Assembly: GCA_049274945.1 (NCBI GenBank)
Contig: JBASTP010000002.1
Coordinates: 1,125 to 65,124, forward strand
DNA length: 64,000 nt
DNA from: Patescibacteria group bacterium
Lineage (GTDB): Bacteria > Patescibacteriota > UBA1384 > GWA2-35-9 > JBASTP01
Direction: 5' to 3'
Part shown: piece by piece, positions 28,110 through 37,265 of the stretch
Layout of the letters: the number at the start of each line of letters is the position of its first letter
How positions within the stretch are numbered: the stretch's first letter is position 1
Program-made: the position numbers and the translations under genes
Notes under the pieces: generated by a model
What the model was told of the DNA's origin: nothing
Databases searched by the model: none
What the model saw: the letters and a program-made list of their open reading frames with translations, nothing else

Positions 28110-29343
28110 ACTGGTTTTTATTATTCTGGTGGTAGCGCTCGCCGGCGTGGTGGTGTGGCCGAAAGGCCCGGAAATCAAACTCGGCAGCTACCACAAAGCA
28201 ATATTGGTCCATAAGGGGCTCGATTTAGCCGGTGGTTCGCGATTGGTGTACGAACTTGACACCAGTAAAGTTGAACCAAAAGAACGTGAAGGCGCGGTAG
28301 TGGGGGTAGTACGCATTATTGAGAACCGCGTGAATGGCCTGGGAGTGGCGGAACCGGTGATCCAGGCTGCTAAGATTGCTGGCAAGGATGCCATTGTCGT
28401 GGAGCTGCCCGGCATCGAAGATTCCAAACAGGCAATCGAACTGATCGGCAAGACCGCCCAGTTAGAATTTTGGGAGTCCAGTGGAGCAGGGGAGAAAACT
28501 ACCTTTGGTCCAAGCGGTCTCACCGGCAAACACCTGGTTCACGCTCAGGTTGACTTCCAGCAAGGTGGGGCAGCCGCGACAGGCGAGCCGGTAGTTTCAC
28601 TCCAGTTCAACGGCGAGGGCACGCGGCTCTTCCGCGAAATTACGGAGCGGAACCTTGGTAAACCGGTGGCAATTGTGCTCGATCAGCAGATTGTCTCAGC
28701 GCCCACCGTCCAGTCAGCGATTGAAAACGGCAACGCCGTAATTTCCGGCAATTTCGATATCACCACGGCAAAACTCCTGGCAATTCAGCTCAACTCGGGC
28801 GCGCTGCCAGTGCCAGCAACCCTCATAGAAGAGCGAACGATCGGGCCGACGTTAGGCCGTAGTTCCGTTGAAAAATCACTCCTGGGGGGCCTTATGGCGG
28901 TGGTAGTTGTGGCCCTCTTTATGGTGAGTTACTACCGCGGAAGTGGCCTCGTGGCCGTAGTGGCGCTCGCTTGCTACGTGCTCCTGGTCCTGGCGCTCTT
29001 TAAGCTGATTCCGGTTACGCTCACCCTAGCGGGGATTGCCGGGTTTATTCTGACGATCGGGGCGGCGGTAGACGCTAATATTTTGATCTTTGAGCGCATG
29101 AAAGAAGAGCAGCGGCAGGGTAAAGGCGCCGCGGCAGTGCTTGATGAAGGCTTCCGCCGGGCCTGGAGTTCGATCCGAGATTCCAACGTTTCATCGCTCA
29201 TTACCGCCGCAATCTTATTTTATTTTGGCACCGGCTTGGTACGCGGCTTTGCCCTAACATTGGCGATTGGGATATTGGTGAGTATGTTTACGGCGATATA
29301 TGTAAGTAAGACATTATTAAAACTGATAATAAGGGAAAGGTAG
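28069..29343 (+). CDS. secD: protein translocase subunit SecD
   Basis: SecD periplasmic and TM regions; start may be GTG 28090. Confidence 0.88.
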   Translation: MISCGNKVRKNIFKLVFIILVVALAGVVVWPKGPEIKLGSYHKAILVHKGLDLAGGSRLVYELDTSKVEPKEREGAVVGVVRIIENRVNGLGVAEPVIQAAKIAGKDAIVVELPGIEDSKQAIELIGKTAQLEFWESSGAGEKTTFGPSGLTGKHLVHAQVDFQQGGAAATGEPVVSLQFNGEGTRLFREITERNLGKPVAIVLDQQIVSAPTVQSAIENGNAVISGNFDITTAKLLAIQLNSGALPVPATLIEERTIGPTLGRSSVEKSLLGGLMAVVVVALFMVSYYRGSGLVAVVALACYVLLVLALFKLIPVTLTLAGIAGFILTIGAAVDANILIFERMKEEQRQGKGAAAVLDEGFRRAWSSIRDSNVSSLITAAILFYFGTGLVRGFALTLAIGILVSMFTAIYVSKTLLKLIIRER

Positions 29344-29377
29344 CACCCTTCGCCACCCGTCAAAATAATTAAAAATC

Positions 29378-30286
29378 ATGCACTTAATGTACAAACGAAA
29401 AACTTGGTGGTTCGTTCTATCTGGTCTCACGGTCGTAATTGGCGTGATCAGCTTATTATTGTACGACATCCCATTTGGACTCGATTTTAAGGGTGGTGCG
29501 AACCTGGAAGTGAAGGTAGCTACAGGAGATAAAAAAACCGTAGAGGAAGCGGTCAAGGGAGTACTCGAACGGGCGACGGTGGTGGAAACCGATAAGAGTA
29601 CGTTCTTAATTAAATCCGAGAGCTACGACCAGAAGAAAAAAGAAGAGATATTGAATAAATTGGGGCAGGCCACCTCCGCCGAGGCTACGGCGGCCAAGGA
29701 GGTGCGGTTTGAAAATGTGGGGCCCACGGTTTCAAAGGATTTAACGCGCAAAGCAATTCTGGCCGTGGTGGCGGCGTCGGCCGGCATTATCCTCTACATC
29801 GCCTGGGCGTTCCGCAAGGTGGCGAAACCCGCCTCATCTTGGCGGTTTGGCATCTCGGCGATCGTGGCCATGCTCCATGATTTGTTTATTGTGATCGGCC
29901 TCTATAGCTTGGTGGCGCATTTCACCGGCTACGAGTTTGATTCGCTCACCGTTACGGCACTCCTTACCGTGATGGGATTCTCGGTGCACGATACCATTGT
30001 GGTGTTCGATCGGATTCGAGAGAACCTGCTGCTCCACCCGGGGGAATCGTTTGAGAGCCTGGTGGACCGCTCGGTTGTCCAAACCCTGGCGCGCTCGCTC
30101 AACACCTCGCTTACGGTAATTCTGGCCCTCCTGACGCTGTACCTGTTAGGAGGTGAGACCACACGCGGCTTTGTGTTTGCGCTCCTTATCGGTATTACGG
30201 TAGGCACCTATTCGAGTATCTTCGTGGCCTCGCCGCTCCTCGTGGTGTGGCAATCGTATGTTGCGAAACGACAAGATAACAGGTAA
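29378..30286 (+). CDS. secF: protein translocase subunit SecF
   Basis: FGLDFKGG N-terminal motif, 6 TM. Confidence 0.9.
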   Translation: MHLMYKRKTWWFVLSGLTVVIGVISLLLYDIPFGLDFKGGANLEVKVATGDKKTVEEAVKGVLERATVVETDKSTFLIKSESYDQKKKEEILNKLGQATSAEATAAKEVRFENVGPTVSKDLTRKAILAVVAASAGIILYIAWAFRKVAKPASSWRFGISAIVAMLHDLFIVIGLYSLVAHFTGYEFDSLTVTALLTVMGFSVHDTIVVFDRIRENLLLHPGESFESLVDRSVVQTLARSLNTSLTVILALLTLYLLGGETTRGFVFALLIGITVGTYSSIFVASPLLVVWQSYVAKRQDNR

Positions 30287-30296
30287 CATATAACAA

Positions 30297-30674
30297 ATGA
30301 TCTTCACCCTCATCGGTCTTATGATTGGCATCCTGGTTGGCTACTTTGCACCGGTTACCATTCCGGTGGTGTTTGCGCGCTACAGCGCGATTGCCATTTT
30401 GGGCATTGTTGACTCGCTCTTTGGCGCGTGGCGCGCCAACTTGCAGGGCAAATTTGACCAGACAATCTTCGTTTCCGGGCTGATTTTTAACATGGTGCTG
30501 GCGGTGCTGATTACCTACCTTGGCGACCAGCTGAACCTCGATCTTTACCTGGCGGTGATCATTGTGTTTACCTTGCGTATCTTCCAAAACATCGCCACCG
30601 TTCGCTACTCGTTCCTGACTCGGTTCCTAGGGCGCAAACGGGTACAGCAGGAGCTGTTTAAGGAAGAAAGCTAG
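30297..30674 (+). CDS. small basic membrane protein, DUF1290 (Sbp-like)
   Basis: IAILGIVDSLFGAWRANLQGKFD...LYLAVIIVFTLRIFQNIA matches DUF1290. Confidence 0.7.
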   Translation: MIFTLIGLMIGILVGYFAPVTIPVVFARYSAIAILGIVDSLFGAWRANLQGKFDQTIFVSGLIFNMVLAVLITYLGDQLNLDLYLAVIIVFTLRIFQNIATVRYSFLTRFLGRKRVQQELFKEES

Positions 30675-30701
30675 AGCGTACCTGAAAAAAGGAGTCAAAC
30701 T

Positions 30702-31196
30702 ATGTCAGATCAGGAACTACCTGAAGGAATTACGATTGATCGCGAGTTTTGGCAGGACGATCCACGGGGCGTTAATGTCAACTACGCAAAGGGCGAAATT
30801 GAAATCCAGGCGGAGTGCGTCGTAGAATACTACAATGAACAATCAGATTTATTCAGGATTGTACTGAAAGCACAAAACAGAGAAGACGATCATATCAAAA
30901 TTGGAAGATGTTTCAATTCCGTAGCACAGGCGGTGGCATGGATAAACAGCGATGTGGCAAACACATTCTTGGCTGGGCTTAGATGGCCGGGAGATATGGA
31001 GCACCCCACCCACGCCGTCTTCACCTTATGCTATACCATGGCCGATGAGTTGCCCCGCTTGGCGGAATTCGTAAAAAACGACCCTGGGCAGAAGGCTATC
31101 GAAGAGGCACTTATGCAACACTTCGAGACAGCGAAAGAGGCATTAGCTGTATTCGATCGCCTGCAAATAGAGAACGGAACAACGATGTCCACCTGA
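30702..31196 (+). CDS. hypothetical protein (164 aa) inside a direct-repeat-flanked insertion
   Basis: GGAG RBS; no known motif. Confidence 0.5.
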   Translation: MSDQELPEGITIDREFWQDDPRGVNVNYAKGEIEIQAECVVEYYNEQSDLFRIVLKAQNREDDHIKIGRCFNSVAQAVAWINSDVANTFLAGLRWPGDMEHPTHAVFTLCYTMADELPRLAEFVKNDPGQKAIEEALMQHFETAKEALAVFDRLQIENGTTMST

Positions 31197-31277
31197 TAAA
31201 GACTCAGAGCGCAATCATCCAGGTACGCAACAGGTTTGTGTACCTGTTTTTTTAAGGGGACGCACCCGGAGTGCCCA

Positions 31278-31300
31278 GGGTATTCCACTCCCGGAGTGGA
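31278..31300. repeat. REP-like hairpin copy (ggtattccactcccggagtggaa)
   Basis: Same core as 11009..11037. Confidence 0.7.
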
Positions 31301-31351
31301 AAGTGGACAGGAGCTGTTTAAGGAAGAAGGGTAAAAAAAAGACCCACGGAC

Positions 31352-32821
31352 TCATAGAGCCGTGGGTTGTTCGGTTGACGATCCAGGTTCGTAACCGATA
31401 TCTCGATCATGGTAGGTAAACAAAGGCGGCAGGTTCTCAACTTCCTGGTAACCGCGTTCGTGTTCGCGAACGAACGTGTAGCACTCAGGTGGCAGCCCGA
31501 TCGTGGCAGCTGCCAAACGAACTGCCTCTTCTGAAGCTTGGTAGCCCTCTGGCAACCGCCTGAAGTGAGGCCTCACTTGCTGGAAAAGGCGAAACAAGGG
31601 AGCCCGGGCACCGTCCTGGCGAACCAGTCTCACCTGAGTAACCTCTCGTATGCCCATCACAGCATCGAGTTTACCGGTGATAATTTTCCAGTAACTGTGG
31701 AGGCCAATATAGTAGAGGATGCGGTCTATTAAGATCTGACCATACCGAGGATCGTCACGCTCGAACACTAGGTCGGGATTCACGGAATTAAGCCGCGGAT
31801 TGAGCGTGAAGCTGATCGAGACGGGTTGGTCAAACTCCGTCAGCCAGAGCTTGGCTCGGGCATTAGGAAACTGGTCGGGAAGAAGCTGGAGTGAGGTGTA
31901 CTTTATCTGACGCATCTGGAGCGCTGAAACGTTCAGTTTAACTCGGTCAGCGCCACCAGTTCTCAGGCCATAGCGTGGTTCATCGATGATCTCGTGCCAC
32001 ATTTGAGCTTCGTGATCAAGGTACTGCTGCTCGTGTCGGTCGAACCACTCGATTAGCTCATTGAGCTTGAATTCATCCCTCTCAAACTGTTGATGAATCG
32101 AATGAACCAACTCGCTAAATTGGGAGGCTACAGCATCCGGTACCGGCAGACGAACTATCTCAGTCGCATTCCCGGCGAGCATGTAAAAAGCTGCCATGGA
32201 ATTCAATGCCTCCCCTGGCTGCCATTGACTGATCGGGACGATGGACAACTGGGTTGCTATGGTGCCGTAGTGAAGTAAGAGCATCTCAATCACCCTGACC
32301 GCCTGGCAATGACCTTGGACAGCCCCGATCAGGAGATTCTGCCAGGTTGCGCAACGATGCGCCAGATACACAACCTCACCAAACATATGGTGGAGGCTTG
32401 TGTACCACTTCAAGTTATCCTGTTGGTCGATTTCACCCCAGAGCGACTTCCTGGCGCGGTGGAAGAGATCGAAGAGCCTGACTGCGCGATCTACCTGCCC
32501 TCGCTCGGAGGTGAGAAAAACCAGCGCGAAGCGGGTCGGTTTCGCTTGATTCATTACAATCGAGCAGTAGGCTTTGGCAATCTTGATCACAGTCTCTGGG
32601 GAGAGTTGTTCAAAACGCTCGCCAACCTTCCGGCATGACCGTTCGATCAACCGTATTTGATGTCTCTTCAAGTTAGGCAGGTTCCAACACTGACCGAGGG
32701 CAAGACAAAAACGAAGCGTCTCAGGAATATCTTGCCAAGCCTGGCTGGCGGCAGCGCTAACAACGCGATCCCTGCCAGTCAGGATGGCCTGTTCAAACTC
32801 TGAAGTTTGCACAACTTTCAT
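31352..32821 (-). CDS. hypothetical protein (489 aa)
   Basis: Long uninterrupted ORF, no recognised motif. Confidence 0.55.
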   Translation of the reverse strand: MKVVQTSEFEQAILTGRDRVVSAAASQAWQDIPETLRFCLALGQCWNLPNLKRHQIRLIERSCRKVGERFEQLSPETVIKIAKAYCSIVMNQAKPTRFALVFLTSERGQVDRAVRLFDLFHRARKSLWGEIDQQDNLKWYTSLHHMFGEVVYLAHRCATWQNLLIGAVQGHCQAVRVIEMLLLHYGTIATQLSIVPISQWQPGEALNSMAAFYMLAGNATEIVRLPVPDAVASQFSELVHSIHQQFERDEFKLNELIEWFDRHEQQYLDHEAQMWHEIIDEPRYGLRTGGADRVKLNVSALQMRQIKYTSLQLLPDQFPNARAKLWLTEFDQPVSISFTLNPRLNSVNPDLVFERDDPRYGQILIDRILYYIGLHSYWKIITGKLDAVMGIREVTQVRLVRQDGARAPLFRLFQQVRPHFRRLPEGYQASEEAVRLAAATIGLPPECYTFVREHERGYQEVENLPPLFTYHDRDIGYEPGSSTEQPTAL

Positions 32822-33367
32822 CTCCTTTGAGTTAGGTTGTCAAACAGACGGCAGTGCCAGTATACCTTAAAACTTTTGATATGTCAAGGTAAATACGGAG
32901 TAAAATTAGGTTCAAAACAGGGGACTGGCGTGAAAAATGGCGAGGTATGGGAGTCGGGTAGGGGAGTCTCGCCGATTTTTTGAGGGGATGTCACCGGCTG
33001 ACGAAAGTAGGGTATATACACGCCCACATTTTGCGATGGCCGGGCAGGGGAGGACGTTGTAAAATGTGGGCCTGATTTTGCGTCATCACTCTTGAACCTG
33101 ATTTGATGACGCAAAATCAACATTGTACGACCTACCATCTCCATCTCTTTTAAGCCCCTTCACCAACCGATCGGGCAGATCGCGGATCATCGTTTTATTA
33201 TTTCCCTACCCTCCCCTGCATCCCCGGCGCTACCGGCAGTATTCCCCCGCTAAAAGGTGGGTGATAGCGCAATAAACACCCCTACTCCGCTATCCCCTGT
33301 CTCTATAAAAAAATAACAGGTTAGATAACCTGTAGTTGCCTACCTGTTTCTAACCTGTTGGAACCTG

Positions 33368-33658
33368 CTATTCCTGCCCTAAGGCCTGCTCGGCCTCTAG
33401 GAGATCTCTCCAGGTGAACGAATGGACAACGCCGGGCGCTGTAACTAAGTCAACCGGCATGCCGCTCGGAATGGTTGGCTTTTTGTCGCCTTTCGCGGCT
33501 GCCTCCGATGCATGTTCAATGGCATGGATGATAACGCTCACACAATGTAGGGCAACCTGCGTTGGCTCGGCGTGATCGGGTTCAAGGGAATCTGCCCCGA
33601 TTGCCATAGCATGCACATCAATTTCCACCCGGATACGGTTTTTGTGTCGTTTTGTCAT
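33368..33658 (-). CDS. hypothetical small protein (96 aa)
   Basis: ORF; 4-nt overlap (ATGA) with upstream gene. Confidence 0.45.
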   Translation of the reverse strand: MTKRHKNRIRVEIDVHAMAIGADSLEPDHAEPTQVALHCVSVIIHAIEHASEAAAKGDKKPTIPSGMPVDLVTAPGVVHSFTWRDLLEAEQALGQE

Positions 33659-33993
33659 TTCCCTACCTCCTGGATTTTCGTCACCGGTTGACTATGGCGC
33701 AAATCCAACTCCCCTACTTTTGTAACCAAGTATCTATCAAACACCTCGGCCATTTTGCGGTCAGTATTCAGCACCTCGAACACAGCCATATTCTCTGACG
33801 GATGCCGTATATTCAGGAAAAAGGCGCGAAAATATATGGAGTCGCCTAACCGTTCCACCCAACGGCTATCTCGCTGGATTTCGTTGAGCAGCTGGACAAC
33901 ATTCGCTGTCGATCCGGTGACGATGTGCCGCTTAATATCACTCGATTGAATCTTTCGCCGAACAGTGTGGAAAAGAGTATGAAGCGCGCCCAC
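33655..33993 (-). CDS. hypothetical small protein (112 aa)
   Basis: ORF; translationally coupled with 33368..33658. Confidence 0.45.
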   Translation of the reverse strand: MGALHTLFHTVRRKIQSSDIKRHIVTGSTANVVQLLNEIQRDSRWVERLGDSIYFRAFFLNIRHPSENMAVFEVLNTDRKMAEVFDRYLVTKVGELDLRHSQPVTKIQEVGK

Positions 33994-34039
33994 CTAAACC
34001 ACCTCAATTCTTCAAGAACTATGAGAACACTATACCAGA

Positions 34040-36655
34040 TTACTCCCCTATTTTCACGGTCTCGCCCGGTTTGACTTCCTGGACAGGACTCTCCCCTATC
34101 TTGGGGCGCTCACTCTGATTTTGCGGCGGAACCCCCTGCTCGAAGTAATGCCACGTTTTGCCCTGCTCGTCTTTGAGTTCCTGATGGTCTTTTACCGGTT
34201 GCTTTCGCGCCTCGCCGGCAATAGCTTTGTCGGTACTCGGGCCCGCCGGCGCTCTCCCCTCCTGCGACCATTCGCGAATCTTTTGCTCCACCAATTCTCG
34301 CGGCCGGCCATAACGCTCGTGAGAAAACGCAATAATTTTTTCCTTAAGACCGGCCCCTTCGCGCTGGGGCGGCAAGGTGATCGCCGAGAACGGATTTGAG
34401 GTAACGCCATCAATCGCCATCTTGACATAGACATGATGATTATCGAGGTTTACCAAATCGGTGGCCTCGAAGACCGGCTCAAACTCCTTAACAAGAAGCG
34501 GCGCGTCTTGCGCCCCCACCCGAAATGTCACGAGCGTACCTACGTTGCCAAAAATGGCTTTAGCCACAATTTCCTCCATCTGAGCGATGTACTGGTTGGT
34601 CATAATGAGGTTCAAGTGGTACTTGCGGGCCTCGGAAAGGATCACGGCGAACGACTCGGTGGCAAAGTTTTGGAACTCGTCAACGTAGAGGTAAAAATCA
34701 ACCCGCTCCGGCTCCGCCACGTTGGCGCGCTCGAGCGCCGCAATCTGAATCTTAGTGATCAGCAGAGCCCCCAGCAGCGCCGAGGTATCCTCACCGATCT
34801 TGCCGATTGAAAGGTCCATCAGCAGAATCTTCTTGCTGTCCATAATCTCCTTCATCGAAATGGTCGAAACCGGTTGACCGACAATGTTCCGAATAGTGGA
34901 GGTTGCCAAAAACTGGCCAACCTTGTTTTGAATCGGCGCCACTGCCTCGGTGCGGAACTTGGGGTCGTACTTTTCGTACTCGTTGATCCAAAAATCCTTG
35001 AGTACCGGGTCATCGAGGGCATCAACCACCTTCTTGCGGTAGCCCTTGTCTACCAGGATGCGCGTGACGCCCAGCATGGTGGCGTTGGGGTAGCCGATCA
35101 ACGAAAGAATCGCGTTGCGCAAAATGTACTCCAGGCGCGGCCCCCAGCTCTCGCCGAAAATCTTTTTGAAAATCCCCACCACACCGGAGGCAACGATATT
35201 TTTTAAATCCGGATCAACCTCCTCCATCACGTTGAACCCGATCGGGAAATCGCGGTCCCAGGGCGCCAGCCACACCACATCCTTGACCCGTTCCTCGGGA
35301 ATAAAGTCCAAAATGTGGCCGATCAAATCGCCGTGAGGATCAACCACGCCCACTCCCCTACCTTCGAGAATATCGTTAATAATCATATTCTCGAGCATCG
35401 TGGACTTGCCGGTGCCGGTTTTGCCGATGGCGTAGAGGTGGAGCCGCCGATCGTTACTCTTGATACCAAATCTAGAACTGACATTGCGGAAGTTGGTTTC
35501 GGCAAAGAGGGTAAGCTCCCCGGCGGGCACCGAGCCTTCGATCGGCAAATTGAGTGGCGGCTCGCCTTTCTTACTACCTACCCAAGCGATTGAGGGGGTG
35601 GCCACTGAAATGTTGGGCAGATGGAAAATCGAGGCAAGCTCCTCGATGTTCAGGACAAAGCCAGTCTCGGCAAAGCGGCGCTTCCGGAAATCCTCCAAGA
35701 ACTCGGGGGCGCTCGTGGGCGGCTTGCCAATGAAACCATTAAGGTTTGTGGTATTGAATTGCTTGAAGGCGCCCACAATGCCGTTTAGACGCAGGAGCGC
35801 GCTTGCTTCGTCGGCTGCTACTGCACCCAGGCGAATTTTAGTCTCAAAAGCGAGTTTGGTTACCTTGGTCTCAATCCCCTCGACTGCCGCGGCTTCAGGG
35901 CCTGAGAGTTCAACCTTGGTTGCCGACGGTTTTTCCCCTTCCGCAGGAGCTGGCCGAGTGAATGAGGTTACCGCCTCCGAAGCGAACGACAAGAGGCCCT
36001 TGGACACCCCGCTCACAATTGACTCCCCTTCCGGGTGTTGGCCGGCTTTCAGCATTCGTGCCCAGGTGATCCCCTTATTTTTCCAGGAGTCAGGCACCGG
36101 GCGCATCAATACCTGAATCCAGGCTCCTTCCCCTTCGGCAATTTTAGAAAGCACGCCGGTAATGCCGGCAAGCGGGTCAACTTCGAAGTTTAGAAAGGTT
36201 TTAATGGGAAAGACATCAGAGCGGACGAGCGTTACTTCCGCGCCCACAAACGAACGGTTCTCCGGCGGCGATTCTGGCACGTAGTCTTCGATCTCCTTAA
36301 TCTCTACCGTCGGATACTGGGCATAAATCTGACCTTCCACAAAATCACGCAGCGTTACCGGCACCCAGGCGTAGAACAGAATCTGGTTAGCCCGTGCCAC
36401 AATCTCAAAACCAAACTGTTCCTGGACCGGCACGCTCGCCGAGTAAATGCCGTGGAGCGCCGCAAACATATTTTCGGCCGAGAGCGGGCCTTTCTCGTTG
36501 TTCTTAGGCACTAAAATTAGCAGGAGTTGGTAGCGCCGGCCAGCCAGGTACTCGAGCTTCTTGCGGGTATCCTTCATGCGCAGCCACAGCACGATAACCG
36601 CCACCAATGAGGCGTAGATTACAAGCGCAGCGAGGATGCGGAGAAATAATTCCAT
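34040..36655 (-). CDS. membrane-anchored DUF87/VirB4/HerA-like P-loop ATPase with TraG/TraD-like C-terminal domain (871 aa)
   Basis: N-terminal TM helix; LHLYAIGKTGTGKST Walker A, VVDPHGD, YLYVDEFQNF Walker B, ARKYHLNLIMTNQY. Confidence 0.8.
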   Translation of the reverse strand: MELFLRILAALVIYASLVAVIVLWLRMKDTRKKLEYLAGRRYQLLLILVPKNNEKGPLSAENMFAALHGIYSASVPVQEQFGFEIVARANQILFYAWVPVTLRDFVEGQIYAQYPTVEIKEIEDYVPESPPENRSFVGAEVTLVRSDVFPIKTFLNFEVDPLAGITGVLSKIAEGEGAWIQVLMRPVPDSWKNKGITWARMLKAGQHPEGESIVSGVSKGLLSFASEAVTSFTRPAPAEGEKPSATKVELSGPEAAAVEGIETKVTKLAFETKIRLGAVAADEASALLRLNGIVGAFKQFNTTNLNGFIGKPPTSAPEFLEDFRKRRFAETGFVLNIEELASIFHLPNISVATPSIAWVGSKKGEPPLNLPIEGSVPAGELTLFAETNFRNVSSRFGIKSNDRRLHLYAIGKTGTGKSTMLENMIINDILEGRGVGVVDPHGDLIGHILDFIPEERVKDVVWLAPWDRDFPIGFNVMEEVDPDLKNIVASGVVGIFKKIFGESWGPRLEYILRNAILSLIGYPNATMLGVTRILVDKGYRKKVVDALDDPVLKDFWINEYEKYDPKFRTEAVAPIQNKVGQFLATSTIRNIVGQPVSTISMKEIMDSKKILLMDLSIGKIGEDTSALLGALLITKIQIAALERANVAEPERVDFYLYVDEFQNFATESFAVILSEARKYHLNLIMTNQYIAQMEEIVAKAIFGNVGTLVTFRVGAQDAPLLVKEFEPVFEATDLVNLDNHHVYVKMAIDGVTSNPFSAITLPPQREGAGLKEKIIAFSHERYGRPRELVEQKIREWSQEGRAPAGPSTDKAIAGEARKQPVKDHQELKDEQGKTWHYFEQGVPPQNQSERPKIGESPVQEVKPGETVKIGE

Positions 36656-36677
36656 AACTTAACGACTCAATATTCGG

Positions 36678-37256
36678 TCAATGCTTTGCGCTAATGACAT
36701 TCTCCAGCGCCGCGAAGGTTGATTCTTCATTGCGGGGTACCACAATCGTCAGTTCATCCCCTGGCCGGGCCCTGAAGTACGTCACCGAGGCCAGGAGCAC
36801 ACTGTAGCGCTTACCGGATGCCACCACCTCGTAACGGCCGCCGGATTCTTCGAGTTTCCCAATCAGTTTCTTGCGATCAACCGGGCCGATTTGCTTGTAA
36901 ATAAAGGTGCCATCGCCGCCCACCGTTAACTTAAGAATGTCGCCAGGCACCAGCTTGCTCTTGCTGGCGTAGTTAGGTGGTACCGGGTAGCGCTTGCCGC
37001 CCGACGCCACCATCATCTCGCCATCGAACACTCCCTCGATTACCTTGGCCTCGTCGCCCTCTTTCTGGTGGAGCTGTTTAGCCTTTTCGCCATACAGGCC
37101 ACCAAAGAGCAGCGCTCTTGCCTGGCGAATCTGATTTTCAGCCGAATCAAGCAGCTGCCTCACACGATCGAGTTCCACTTTAGGGGCAGTGTTTTGCTTT
37201 TCTATTTTCGTTTGGGTTTTAGATGGTGATTTCGTCTTTGTTTGTTTGGTAGCCAT
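36678..37256 (-). CDS. hypothetical protein (192 aa) with internal duplicated GKRY...PGD..L motif
   Basis: ORF between the two ATPase paralogs. Confidence 0.5.
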   Translation of the reverse strand: MATKQTKTKSPSKTQTKIEKQNTAPKVELDRVRQLLDSAENQIRQARALLFGGLYGEKAKQLHQKEGDEAKVIEGVFDGEMMVASGGKRYPVPPNYASKSKLVPGDILKLTVGGDGTFIYKQIGPVDRKKLIGKLEESGGRYEVVASGKRYSVLLASVTYFRARPGDELTIVVPRNEESTFAALENVISAKH

Positions 37257-37265
37257 TGATATTTT

